A DNA stretch of 42,209 bases, taken from positions 1 through 42,209 of the forward strand of contig NW_021834890.1 of the NCBI RefSeq assembly GCF_006345805.1, given 5' to 3'. Positions 24,498-35,275 of the stretch are shown in pieces; position 1 is the first letter of the stretch; the number at the start of each line of letters is the position of its first letter. The notes beneath the pieces were generated by a model. It worked only from the letters and a program-made list of their open reading frames with translations, did no database searches and had not been told where the DNA came from. This DNA is from Octopus sinensis (taxonomy: Eukaryota). The position numbers and the translations under genes were made by a program.

Positions 24498-25153
24498 CTG
24501 TGGCCTGGGACGAGGTGGTGAAGCACGACCTTCGAACGTTAGGTCTCACCATGGAAATGACTAGAGACCGAGACCTATGGAAGTATGCTGTGCGTGAGAA
24601 GACCCGGCAAGACTAGTGAAGCCATAACCCGTGGCCCCTACCTGGGACGTAGTCAGTCCACCTGTGCATACCTTCCTTCTTGTGACACTTGTAAAGACCT
24701 GTTGAGGCAAGTGAAAATCAAATCAAATCAAACCAAATCAAAATAGATGAACATCAATGGAATTTGTATCTTTGTGGTACCAATGCTGGTGGCACATAAG
24801 AGAACCATCCGAACGTGGCCGTAGACAGTACCGCATCGACTGGCCTCCGTGCTGTGGGCACGTAACAAACACCATCCGATCGTGGCCGTTCACCAGCCTC
24901 GTCTGGCACCTGTGTCGGTGGCACAAAAAACACCATCCGAGCGTGGCCGTCTGCCAGCCTCGTCTGTCACCTGTGTCAGTGGCAGATAAAAGCACCCACT
25001 ACACTCTCGGAGTGGTTGGCGTTAGGAAGGGCAACCAGCTGTAGAAACACTGCCAGATCTGACTGGCCTGGTGCAGCCTTCGGGCTTGCCAGACCCCAGT
25101 TGAACCGTCCAACCCATGCTAGCATGGAAAGCGGACGTTAAACGATGATGATG
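24498..25153 (+). mobile_element. RTE LINE: ORF2 C-terminus, 3' UTR and (GAT)n tail
   Basis: WDEVVKHDLRTLGLTMEMTRDRDLWKYAVREKTRQD* followed by the 3' UTR shared by many fragments in the window. A further short tail copy lies at ~25200-25257. Confidence 0.85.
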
Positions 25154-25549
25154 AATTCTGTGAACCTTGGTGCAGTTTTCTGCCCAGCTAGCTACTGCCA
25201 AACTGTCCAACCCATGCCAGCATGGAAAGCGGACGTTAAACGATGATGATGATGATGGTGGTCATGGTGATGATACGTTTGGACCTGTGGACCTTCTTTT
25301 ATAAAAGAACTAATGAAAGGGGACGAAATAAGCAACAGAGAAAAGAAAAAGGAGTCCTTAAATGATTTTCCTGTTACAATCCAACTGGAAGTTTATTGAG
25401 CAATTCCTACTCTTTAAATCTCTTAGCGAGTTCATCTACCCATGGATAGGGAGCTAGTCCATCCAGTATTAATAGACGAAGGACTATCAACGATTCCTGG
25501 ATGTTAGTTTGGTTTGGACTTGATTTGAATTAAGATGGTCAGCGCGTAA

Positions 25550-26037
25550 AATGATGGCGATGCGGAGGAGAATGACAATGAGGATGATGACATGAGGAGG
25601 AGGATGATGATGATGATGATGGTGGTGATGGTGATGATGATGATGATGACGACAACAGAGATGATGATGATGATGGTGATGATGGTGGTGATGATGATGA
25701 TGATGATGAAGATGATGATGATGATGATGGTGATGATGACGACGACGGTGATGATGGTGATGATGATGATGACAGTGTTGAGTAGCAGGAGCAGAAGGTA
25801 GAGGAGGAAGCAGAATAGAACGGGAGGAGGAGGATGTTAACAATGACCCTGATGACAATGATGATGATGAGGAGGAGGAGAATGATGACACTGATGATGA
25901 TGATGGTGATGGTGATGATGATGAGGAGGAGGACGATGAGGGTGATGATGATGATGATGGAGATGAAGAGGAGGAAGAGGATGGTGATGATGACAATAAC
26001 CAGGATGGATTATGATGGTGATGATGATGATGATGCT
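25550..26037 (+). repeat. Degenerate (GAT/GGT/GAG)n triplet repeat
   Basis: Directly visible. Confidence 0.9.
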
Positions 26038-26159
26038 GTCCACGATTATGTATTAGGGATAAAAATGATAAAAAAAACCCCCAAAACAAAACAAAACAAA
26101 TGACATCCTTGCTTTGTGAATTGAAAGAATTTGTCTGCAAAATTCTTAAATACATTTAT

Positions 26160-26692
26160 GGGGTAAGAAGCTTGCTTCCCAACCACGTGGTTCTGGGTTC
26201 AGTCCCACTGCGTGGTACCTTGGGCAAGTGTCTTCTACTATAGCTTCAGGCTGACCAAAGCCTTGTGAGTGGATTTGGTAGGCGGAAACTGAAAGAAGCC
26301 CATCGTATATATGTGTGTGTACATGTGTGTGTATGAGTGTCTGCATGTGTGTGTGTGTGTACATGTGTGTGTGTGTACATGTGTGTGTGTGTACATGTGT
26401 GTGTGTGTGTGTGTGTGCATATGTGTGTATGAGTGTGTGCATGTGTGTGTGTGTGCATGTGTGTTTGTGTGTGTGTGTGTTTGTGTGTGTGCGTGTCTTT
26501 GTGCTTGCGTTCATCCCTCACTATTGTTTGACAACCGGTGTTGGTGTGTTTGCATCCCTGTAACTTAGCAGGTTGGCGAGAAGGGACCCGATAGAATTAA
26601 ATAAGTACCAGGCTCCAACGAAAGACTGAAAACCATTATCCAAGGCGGTGCTCCAGCATGGCCAAAGTCTGATAACTGAAACAAGTCAAAGA
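26160..26692 (+). mobile_element. SINE family A with expanded internal (TG)n
   Basis: Head and tail match family A; ~200 bp TG-rich expansion at 26310-26500. Confidence 0.8.
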
Positions 26693-26923
26693 ATCAAAAA
26701 AAAGATTTTTATTTGTTTGTTTGTTTGTTTGTTTGTTTGCAAATTTAAGGCTGCCATGCTTGGGGGACAAACTAACCCCCCCCCCTTGATTGAAAGCAGA
26801 ATCATGTCTTTTAACAAAAGGTGGCGGGGGTGGGAGAGAGGGGGAGAGTTTCCAGTCTGTAATTACAGCCGCTGTCATCACTTCTGAGAGAGATCAGAGA
26901 CACCATTGTCGCCATGGTCAAGT

Positions 26924-27432
26924 TCATCATCATCATCACCATCCTCCTCCTCCTCATCATCATCACCCTCATCATCATCATCACCACTGTCGTTGCTGTC
27001 GGTGTTGTCCTCCTCCTCCTCATCATCATCATCACCATCATCACCATCACCCTCTTCATCATCACCATCATCACCATCACCCTCTTCATCATCATCACCA
27101 TCATCACCATCACCCTCTTCATCATCATCACCATCATCACCATCATCATCATCATCACCCTCATCATCATCATCACCCTCATCACCATCACCTTCTTCAT
27201 CATCATCATCATCACCATCACCATCATCACCCTCATCACCATCATCATCACCATCACCACTGTCATTTCTGTCGGTGTTGTCCTCCTCCTCTTCATCATC
27301 ATCACCATCATTCCAATCACCATCATCAGCAGCAGCATTATCATCATCATTGTCATTGTCATCATCATCATCACTGTCGTCGTCGTCGTTGTCCTCCTCC
27401 TCCTCCTCCTCAACATCATCATCATCATCATA
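26924..27432 (+). repeat. Degenerate (CAT/CAC/CCT)n triplet repeat
   Basis: Directly visible. Confidence 0.9.
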
Positions 27433-27534
27433 ATTGTTGTTGTCCTCAGTCTGCCTGTAACTATGGTAACAGCTCTACCGAAGAGTCTGTCCTTTCTCTC
27501 CGCTCTCACGCAGGTGTATACGCGTGCATGCGCA

Positions 27535-29130
27535 TGAGTGTGAGTGTGAGTGTGAGAAGGTGTGAGTGTGTTTGAGTCAGTGTGTGTGTATGTGTGTGTG
27601 TTTGAGTCAGTGTGTGTGTGTGTGTATGTGTGTGTTTGAGTCAGTGTGTGCGTGCGTGTGTGTATGTGTGTGTGTTTGAGTCAGTGTGTGTGTGTGTTTG
27701 AGTCAGTGTGTGTGAGTGTGTGTGCGTGTGTGTGAGTGTGTGTGCGTGTGTGTGAGTGTGTGTGTATGTCTGTGTGAGTGTGTGTGTATGTGTGTGTGTG
27801 TGCGTGTGCGTGCGCATGAGCAACTACGACTGAAGTGAACGGCTTTTTTCTTTTTCTCTCTTGACAATACTTGAATATAATGGAGAGAAAATTGTAGAGG
27901 GAGAGAGAGAGAGAGAGGGAAAGGTTGAGAGAGAGGGGGAAATGGTACAGAAAGAGCAAGAACTATAGAGAGAGTGAGAATGAGAGAGAGAGAGAGAGAG
28001 ACGTGGTGGGGGTGGGGGTGACGGCTGAGGAAGAAGAGAACAGTAAGATTATGAAGATCAGAATAGACAGAGAAATGTGTGTGTGTGTGGGAGAGAGAGA
28101 GAGAGAGAGAGAGCGAAAGAAGAAGAGTGTGTATGTGTGTGTGAAAGAGAGAGAGAGAGGGTGTATGTGTGTGTGTGTGAGAGAGAGAGGGAAAGAAGAA
28201 GAGTGTGTATGTGTGTGTGAAAGAGAGAGAGAGAGAGAGAGAGGGTGTGTGTGTGTGAGAGAGAGGGAAAGAAGAAGAGTGTGAGAGAGAGGGAGTATGT
28301 GTGTGTGTGAGAGAGAGAGAGAAAGAAGAAGAGTGTGTATGTGTGTGAGAGAAAGAAGAAGAGTGTGTATGTGTGTGAGAGAAAGAAGAAGAGTGTGTAT
28401 GTGTGTGAGAGAAAGAAGAAGAGTGTGTATGTGTGTGAGAGAAAGAAGAAGAGTGTGTATGTGTGTGAGAGAAAGAAGAAGAGTGTGTATGTGTGTGAGA
28501 GAAAGAGGGAGAAAAGAAGAGAGAGGGTGGGTGAAAGTGAGAGAGAAGAAGCAAGTGTAGGAAAGAGAAAGAGAATTAGAGAGAGGGAGGGGTAGTTAGA
28601 AAGATAGAGGGGAAGGTTAAGGAGAGGGGCAGAGAGAGAGAGAGAGAAGGAGAGAAAGATAAGAGGCTTCTAGAGAAAAAGAGTGACAGAGATGAGAGGT
28701 AGAGAAAGAGATGGAATGAAAATTGGGGAGAGAGAGAGAGAGAGAGAGAGAGAGACAAAGGAGGGCAGAGAGGGGGGACGAGAGGGAGAGAAAGAGATAG
28801 AGAGAAAATAGGAGAGAGAGAGAGGGGGGCGAGAGGGAGAGAAAGTGATAGAGAGAAAATAGGAGAGCGAGAGGGAGAGAAAGAGATAGAGAGAAAATAG
28901 GAGAGAGAGAGAGAAAGGAGGGCAGAGAGGGAAAGAAAGAGAGAGAGAGAGAAAATAGGAGAGAGAGAAAGGAGGGCAGAGAGGGAGAGAAAGAGATAGA
29001 GAAGAAATAGGAGAGAGAGAGAGAAAGGAGGGCAGAGAGGGAGAGAAAGAGATAGAGAAGAAATAGGAGAGAGAGAGAGAGACCAAAGAAGGCAGAGAGG
29101 GGGGACGAGAGGGAGAGAAAGAGAGAGAGA
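27535..29130 (+). repeat. (TG)n- and (GA)n-derived low complexity, including a 30-bp minisatellite at ~28311-28503
   Basis: Unit GAGAGAAAGAAGAAGAGTGTGTATGTGTGT, about six perfect copies; long polypurine tract at 28560-29130. Confidence 0.9.
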
Positions 29131-29252
29131 TGTCTGGGGTGCAATGCAGGGGAGATAACTTCTTCAGATTTCTTCCAGCCACAGAGCATCAGGAATCTGA
29201 CTTGTGTGGGGATTGTGAAAAGGGACCAACTGGAGAGTGACGTCACTGCTTA

Positions 29253-29900
29253 CATCATCATCATCATCATCATCATCATCGTTTAGCGTCCGCTTTCCAT
29301 GCTAGCATGGGTGGGACGGTTCAACTGGGGTCTGGGAAGCCAGAAGGCTGCACCAGGCTCCAGTCTGATCTGGCAGTGTTTCTACAGCTGGATGCCCTTC
29401 CTAACGCCAACCACTCCATGAGTGTAGTGGGTACTTTTTATGTGCCACCGGCACAGGGGCCAGACGAGGCTGGCAAACGGCCACGATCGGATTGTGCTTT
29501 TTACATGCCACCGGCACAGGGGCCAGGCGAGGCTAGCAAACGGCCACGATCGGATGGTGCTTTTTACATGCCACCGACACAGGTGCCAGGCGAGGCTGGC
29601 AAACGGCCACGATCGGATGGTGCTTTTTACATGCCACCGACACAGGTGCCAGGCGAGGCTGGCAAACGGCCACGATCGGATTGTGCTTTTTACGTGCCAC
29701 CGACACAGGTGCCAGGCGAGGCTGGCAAACGGCCACGATCGGATGGTGCTTTTTACGTGCCACCGGCACAGGGGCCAGGCGAGGCTGGCAAACGGCCATG
29801 ATCGGATGGTGCTTTTTACGTGCCACCGGCCCGAGGCCAGTGGGGGCGGTGCTGGCAACGGCCACGTTTGGATGGTTCTCTTATGAGAACCGGCACTGGT
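29253..29900 (-). mobile_element. RTE LINE 3' UTR with about seven tandem ~62-bp repeats
   Basis: (CAT)n tail, then the shared 3' UTR; unit TTTTTAC(A/G)TGCCACCG(A/G)CACAGG…GGCCACGATCGGATGGTGC. Confidence 0.85.
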
Positions 29901-30264
29901 ATTGAATCCATATATTTCCAGAACACCTTACTGTCAGGGTCGGTTGCTATGAGCTGCTCAAATTCAAGCACTGGCCCCTTTTTTTTTCTTCTTTTGATGA
30001 TTTTCTGTAGCAAAAAAAAAAAAAAAAGGGAGGCATTGTTTTAGATGGAGAATGTTAATTACTAAATACAGGTAAACTTAAAATACAGGTTGTTAGCATT
30101 TAATGATGTTTGATTGGATTAGTAAACAATGACCAATCTTTGACCACTAATTACTGGTTAAGTCCAGTTCTCAACATGTCCCTCCCCTGTTGCCTTGACG
30201 ATCTAATTATCTATTTACAGCCGTCCAATTGTAACTTCATTTACGGGAATTGTTTCTCAATAAA

Positions 30265-30465
30265 TCATCATCATCATCGTTTAACGTCCGCTTTCCATGC
30301 TAGCATGGGTTGGACGATATTTGACTGAGGGTTGGCGAGCCAGATGGCTGCACCAGGCTCCAATCTTGATCTGACAGAGTTTCTACAGCTGGATGCCCTT
30401 CCTAACGCCAACCACTCTGAGAGTGTAGTGGGTGCTTTTTACGTGCCACCGGCACGGGGGCCAGA
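30265..30465 (-). mobile_element. RTE LINE 3' end
   Basis: (CAT)n plus the shared 3' UTR. Confidence 0.8.
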
Positions 30466-30699
30466 TAGAAATGACAGACAGAAACCTAAATGGTTATAAC
30501 CGTTCCACCCTTTTAACACCAAACCATCTCACACTGTCTCCCATTCTCTGATAACAATCCTTTCCCCATATTGTTTCAAATTTTGGTACAAGGCCAGCAA
30601 TTCCTGGGAGAGGATAAGTCAATTACTTATACTGTTGACTCTGAAAGTAAAACAAGGCAAAGTTATCTCCATATTTGTGCCTTCTGCCTCGAATTTGTT

Positions 30700-31393
30700 G
30701 CCTCATAACTTCCAGAAAAATGGATATTTTGGAATGAAATTTTCTACAAATATGCTTCAGATGGTGTAGAATTTCATTATATTAGAATATGTGGTGAAAG
30801 AATTTTTCCGAGGGTTGAGTGGGAAGTTTCGGAAAATTCACACCAGAGAGCTTTCTTTGCACATAACTTTCAAGAAAGTGGGTAATTTTTAATGAAATTT
30901 TTTTTAAATACCTTTCAGAGTGTGTAGGTTAGAATTGTTTTGGAATGTGAGGTGAGGAAATAAATTTGGTAAGTTCTTACACATACGTGTGAAGGCGTAT
31001 GGCTCAGTGGTTAGAGCGTCGAGCTTACGATCGTGAGGTTGTGAGCTCGAATCCCGGACCGGGCTGCGTGTTGTGTTCTTGAGCAAGGCACTTTATTCCA
31101 TGTTGCTCCAGTTCACTCAGCTGTAGAAATGAGTTGCGACGTCACTGGTGCCAAGCTGTATCGACCTTTGTCTTTCCCTTGGATAACACTGGTGGCGTGG
31201 AGAGGGGAGGCTGGTATGCATGGGCGACTGCTGGTCTTCCATAAACAACCTTGCCCGGACTTGTGCCTCGGAGGGTAACTTTCTAGGTGCAATCCCATGG
31301 TCCTTCATGACCGAAGGGGGTCTTTACCTTTTACATAGCAAGACATCATATCTATCTACAAAATGAAATTTCGAAAAATTGTGATGTATGCCA

Positions 31394-31424
<31 letters not shown>

Positions 31425-31640
31425 AGCTCAGTATTTTTTTTTTTGGGTGTTTTTTTTGTGTTTTTCACAACAAAATCTGATATAATTGTAATTTACACAT
31501 TCTGAAAAGAATTTGTAGAAACTTTTGTTAAAAAATACACCTTTTTCTGAAAGTCGTTAAGAAATAAAGTCAACTCGTGTGAATTTTCCAAAACTTTTCT
31601 TCCTACACATAAAAAATTTTTTTCAGGACAAATTTCAATA
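30700..31640. mobile_element. Old long-TIR (foldback/MITE-like) DNA element interrupted by a SINE
   Basis: ~30795-30930 is a degenerate reverse complement of ~31490-31628 (GGAAAATTCACAC / GTGTGAATTTTCC; TTTCAGAGTGTGTA / TACACATTCTGAAA). Confidence 0.5.
30988..31333 (+). mobile_element. tRNA-derived SINE with CORE-like segment (family E)
   Basis: TGGCTCAGTGGTTAGAGCG (A box) … GAGCTCGAATCCC (B box), GTGTTCTTGAGCAAGGCACTTTATT, tail CTTTACCTTTTA. Confidence 0.8.
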
Positions 31641-31654
31641 CAATCAGAATATAC

Positions 31655-32098
31655 GGATCTTTTCGGTTTGAACGGCAGTTTTTAAAAAAATAATTTCCAC
31701 GTAACTAAACACTTTTAAACTTCGTATACTGATAGAATGTGTTTATAAAACATTTTTTTCTCTTGGCTTTATTGAGAGAATTCTATAGTTTGTAAGATAT
31801 TTGTTGTTGTTTTTTCTTCAATTTCTGCAATTTCAACCAACCAATGACGTCCATTGAGGTAAAAAAAAAAAATTCTGTGCCGTATGAATATGTCCCTCGT
31901 TTAAGAAACAGATTGGGTTTATTTACATTTCTGAAGAAAAAAAAGACACCCTTCCTCCCACCCCTATCCCTAACCCTAACTGTAACCCTAACCCTAAAAC
32001 AGATTGAAATGCAATAGATCGATACTAGGGTCATAATTACGGGGGACAATTTCATATGACACCGCTAGAAAAAACTGCCGTTCAAACCGAAAAGATTC
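31655..32098. mobile_element. MITE with ~29-bp TIRs and internal (CCCTAA)n
   Basis: GGATCTTTTCGGTTTGAACGGCAGTTTTT (31655-31683) versus AAAAACTGCCGTTCAAACCGAAAAGATTC (32070-32098). Confidence 0.85.
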
Positions 32099-32264
32099 TA
32101 ATTTTTTTACATAAAGTAAATAAAGTAAATAAAGCACAAAAATACAAAGTAAGGATCGACTAGTCACGACTAGCTAGCGCGGATACGCAAGTGCGCGCTC
32201 CGGGGACACTGTTCTCAAGTAGTATCCCAAAAATCGCTGGTTAATTATTTTTAATTATAAAGTA

Positions 32265-32493
32265 GTTCGATTCACTTCAACATTTAAGTTTAATTTGTCA
32301 AAATATTTTCGGCGCTAAAATCCGCGACCTGTTCACTGACAAAAATCCGAGGTCGCGGATTTTAGCGACGAAAATATTTTGACAAATTAAACTTAAATGT
32401 TGAAGTGAATCGAACGGCTTTTGTGTGTTTCTTAAATGGCTTATAAACACCTTCCACGCTGCAATTGTTTTCGTTCCAGCACACGATCTCAGA
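32265..32493. mobile_element. PLE-like inverted terminal-repeat insertion with 13-bp TSD
   Basis: 66-bp arms at 32265-32330 and 32350-32415, with the right arm extended to 32493. TAATTATAAAGTA is duplicated at 32252-32264 and 32494-32506. Confidence 0.8.
32295..32342 (-). ncRNA. Minimal hammerhead, G3-C8 core variant
   Basis: UUGUCA-GUGAACA-G-GUCGC-GGAUUUUA-GCGCC-GAAA-A-UA-UUU-UGACAA: 6-bp stem I and palindromic stem III AAUAUU. The other arm shows the fully paired stem II (GUCGC/GCGAC). Confidence 0.65.
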
Positions 32494-32700
32494 TAATTAT
32501 AAAGTATATATATTTGTAAATAACCAGCATTATTTCATCATGACCCGGAACAAAACTAAAACAGGTTACTTTAAGCGTCGTACACCGTCAATGTTGCGGG
32601 AACCAGGAAGCGAAGAGGGCGGACCCAAACTTTTGAGTATAATTTGTGACTCTTTTTGAACTGATTTAAATTGTTTTGATATTTATAATTCTATACAAAC

Positions 32701-33645
32701 ATGAGCGCCGAACGAATGCATCATATTTCTAAAGAACAATTTGTAAAAATCCGAGTTAAATTTGTAAAATCCATGGACGATATCGATTCCTTTCTCGACG
32801 AAGCTTTGGCAAATGGTTTATTGGCCGATGGACATAAACAGGGAATAGGAGCCCTGAAAAATGTTTACGATCAAGCACGGCAGTTGCATGATTATATATT
32901 AAGGAAACTACCGGATGGGTCCGAGAAATTTGTGTCGGCCTTGAAAAAGTCAAATCATGATCAAATACTTGAGTTATTAGACGATCCAGAAGTCTACCCG
33001 ATGAAGTTTAAGCCACACGGGCGTGTTGTAATAATAAATAATATAGAGTTTGACGATGAGAAGAAATACGAAAAAAGGACTGGAAGCGAAAAGGATGTGG
33101 TGGGTATTGAAAAACTTTTCAAGGAGTTCAGTTTTAATGTTCTAACTTATTCCAATAAAAAAGCGAAAGAAATGAAAGATATAATTACAAAAGAAGCTGA
33201 AAAAAGTACAGCCAGTGAAGACTGTTTCGTTATGTTCTTGATGTCCCATGGGGCCATAGGGAACATTATTGGAATTGATGGTGATGAATTATCTTATTCC
33301 ACTATTAACGACGCTCTAAAGGAGAGTTCTCAGCTGAAAGACAAACCAAAGCTCATTTATATAAACACTTGTCAAGTTAGTTCTGATAAGAAAAATGAAT
33401 ATTTCAACGTTGCAGATCTGTATGTTGCTTTTGCCACTGTCCCCGAACACTTGGCTTTCCGAACTAAGGAAAGTGGTTCTGTTTTCATCGAAAGTTTAAT
33501 CAGTGTTTATGAAAAGAACAAAGAAAAGTGTGACGTCAACTCACTATCCCCTAAAATACATGCTCAAATTCCCAAGGAATCTGGTCAGATTTCAAGTAGT
33601 TACAACACTTTGAAGAAAAAGGTGATACTTCGAGCCACAATTTAA
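32701..33645 (+). CDS. Single-exon CARD-containing caspase-family (peptidase C14A) protein, 314 aa
   Basis: N-terminal ~94-aa death-fold/CARD-like region (…QARQLHDYILRK…FVSALKKSNHDQILELL). Caspase motifs follow: YPM..KPHGRVVIINN, R.GSEKD, DCFVMFLMSHG (His codon 33247-33249), KPKLIYINTCQ (Cys codon 33370-33372), ADLYVAFATVP…AFR…GSVFIESL, Q…NTLKKK. AAACATG context with in-frame upstream TAA at 32686-32688; no internal stops. Confidence 0.93.
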   Translation: MSAERMHHISKEQFVKIRVKFVKSMDDIDSFLDEALANGLLADGHKQGIGALKNVYDQARQLHDYILRKLPDGSEKFVSALKKSNHDQILELLDDPEVYPMKFKPHGRVVIINNIEFDDEKKYEKRTGSEKDVVGIEKLFKEFSFNVLTYSNKKAKEMKDIITKEAEKSTASEDCFVMFLMSHGAIGNIIGIDGDELSYSTINDALKESSQLKDKPKLIYINTCQVSSDKKNEYFNVADLYVAFATVPEHLAFRTKESGSVFIESLISVYEKNKEKCDVNSLSPKIHAQIPKESGQISSSYNTLKKKVILRATI

Positions 33646-33949
33646 CCAAATCCTATCCTTATTTTCTCTTCTTGCTCCCTACAAACATGAAGAACTTAAA
33701 CAACAATGGTATGTACGTTATATGTTTCCAAACCTGCCCCCCGTCCACTATATTCTATGCTGATTTGGGATTTCACAAACTAAATTCTTACCCTGCGTCT
33801 TCAAACAAAGTATTTCTCACTTCGACACAAAGCCAGCAATTTTAAGAGAGGTGCTTGTTAGACCCTGTTCTCTGCAGAACTTTATTTTATTTTATTGAGC
33901 TGATATGCATGACTCGAACCAAGTTCACTCAATTTTCCACCTGTTTTTA

Positions 33950-34246
33950 ACCCATAAAGCGCTGGAATTTGCATGTCCATAACGGGGTCACTCCGAAAAG
34001 CTCTATCTGCGACGATTTCATCTCAATCGAAGGAGATGAGCTTTCTCCGTCTGGGTTGCGGATCCGTGGAACAAGCTGCCAGACAAGATGGTGAAAATGC
34101 CGACAACCGCTTTGTTCAAAGTCTCCCTTGACCTCAAATGGCCTGAAATCTTTACATGAACACCACCCTGTACTTAATTCCATGTCCCCCTACATGGTCT
34201 TGCTTTTTGCTTTTGAGCCAAAAAATTAACTAACTAACTAACTAAC
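33950..34246 (+). mobile_element. CR1 LINE 3' fragment with (AACT)n tail
   Basis: From 33983: RGHSEKLYLRRFHLNRRR*AFSVWVADPWNKLPDKMVKMPTTALFKVSLD, matching the CR1 ORF2 C-terminal RGH..KL…FS.RV…WN.LP…FK..LD motif. Confidence 0.85.
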
Positions 34247-34748
34247 ATAGACTGCTGAGCACATTTTATGAAAACGAGACGGAAAGACTTCCGCCACAGA
34301 CTCTTTATGGAACTCTTATAGACTCCACATTGTCTGACAGAACCAAAATCATCTTTGGGGTGCAAACACGATGAGGGAAGTCCAACAAGATTAAGTTTGA
34401 CTCCCTATTTAATCCTGTTCCTTCTGAATTTGGTCCATAACTGAATACGGCACAGGATGATCTTGTGGTGATGTCATGTCAACAGATAACTTTGTCTTAA
34501 AATCCTTTAAACAACTCAACTTATCACTAAACGCTGACCGAAACTCAGCGAGAAGCTCCTTCAATTTCAACAGAATTCCTTTCCCCAATCAAAGGAAATA
34601 TGGTTCTCCAATTTAAATTGATTTTCTTCATCCGTTTTCTCTCCGACAACACCTGAACATTGCTTTCACCACCAATAATGGCAACTGGATCTCGCTTCCT
34701 TTGTCGTTGGACTCATGGCTTCACCAATTCTCTGCTATATGTATTCAG

Positions 34749-34978
34749 GCGGCGAGCTGGCAGAACCGTTAGCGCACTGGGCAAAATGCTTAGCCGTATT
34801 TCGTTTGGCTTTACGTTCTGAGTTCAAATTCCGCCGAGGTCGACTTTGCCTTTCATCCTTTTGGGGTCGATAAATTAAGTACCAGTTACGCACTGGGGTC
34901 GATGTGATCGACTTAATCCCTTCGTCTGTCCTTGTTTGTCCCCTCTGTGTTTAGCCCCTTGTGGGTAGCAGAGAGATA
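34749..34978 (+). mobile_element. SINE family B monomer with TSD
   Basis: Head GCGGCGAGCTGGCAGAACCGTTAGC; 12-bp TSD ATATGTATTCAG at 34737-34748 and 34979-34990. Confidence 0.9.
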
Positions 34979-35275
34979 ATATGTATTCAGTCTTACCAAT
35001 ATCTCTTGTAAATCCCCCCCCCCATTCTTCCAGGTTCTTAAAATTCTTCACTGAGTCTGAAGCCCCTCCATCATCCCATCCCAATCCTTCCCCAATATTT
35101 CCACCTCCCCTGCCAGTAAATGTGACCCACCCTTTGCATACAGTTCCAGCATCACCATTGCTCTATCTCTTCTTCTCTTCACCCAACAACTATTCACCTT
35201 ATTTTCTATCTTATTCAATGCAATTTGTCTCTCATACTTTCCTTTCTTGTCAAATTACCAACATTTTCAATGAGT

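Noticed and set aside
25487-27575. Poly-His/Ser/Met ORFs
   Set aside because: Triplet microsatellite translations with no domain content or splice evidence.
29236-29247. Palindromic CRE AGTGACGTCACT
   Set aside because: Isolated motif between repeats with no other support.
30992-31065. tRNA genes here and at 12695-12765 and 22845-22905
   Set aside because: A and B boxes are present but acceptor stems are not closed, and each continues into a SINE body.
32465-32659. 64-aa ORF upstream of the caspase
   Set aside because: Non-ATG start inside the insertion, no homology, and separated from the caspase by stops.
34250-34400. RTE-like ERLPPQTLYGTL peptide; similar weak DRPRMKWLNNI at 8440-8480 (-)
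   Set aside because: Plausible ancient LINE relics, but each rests on a single short motif.
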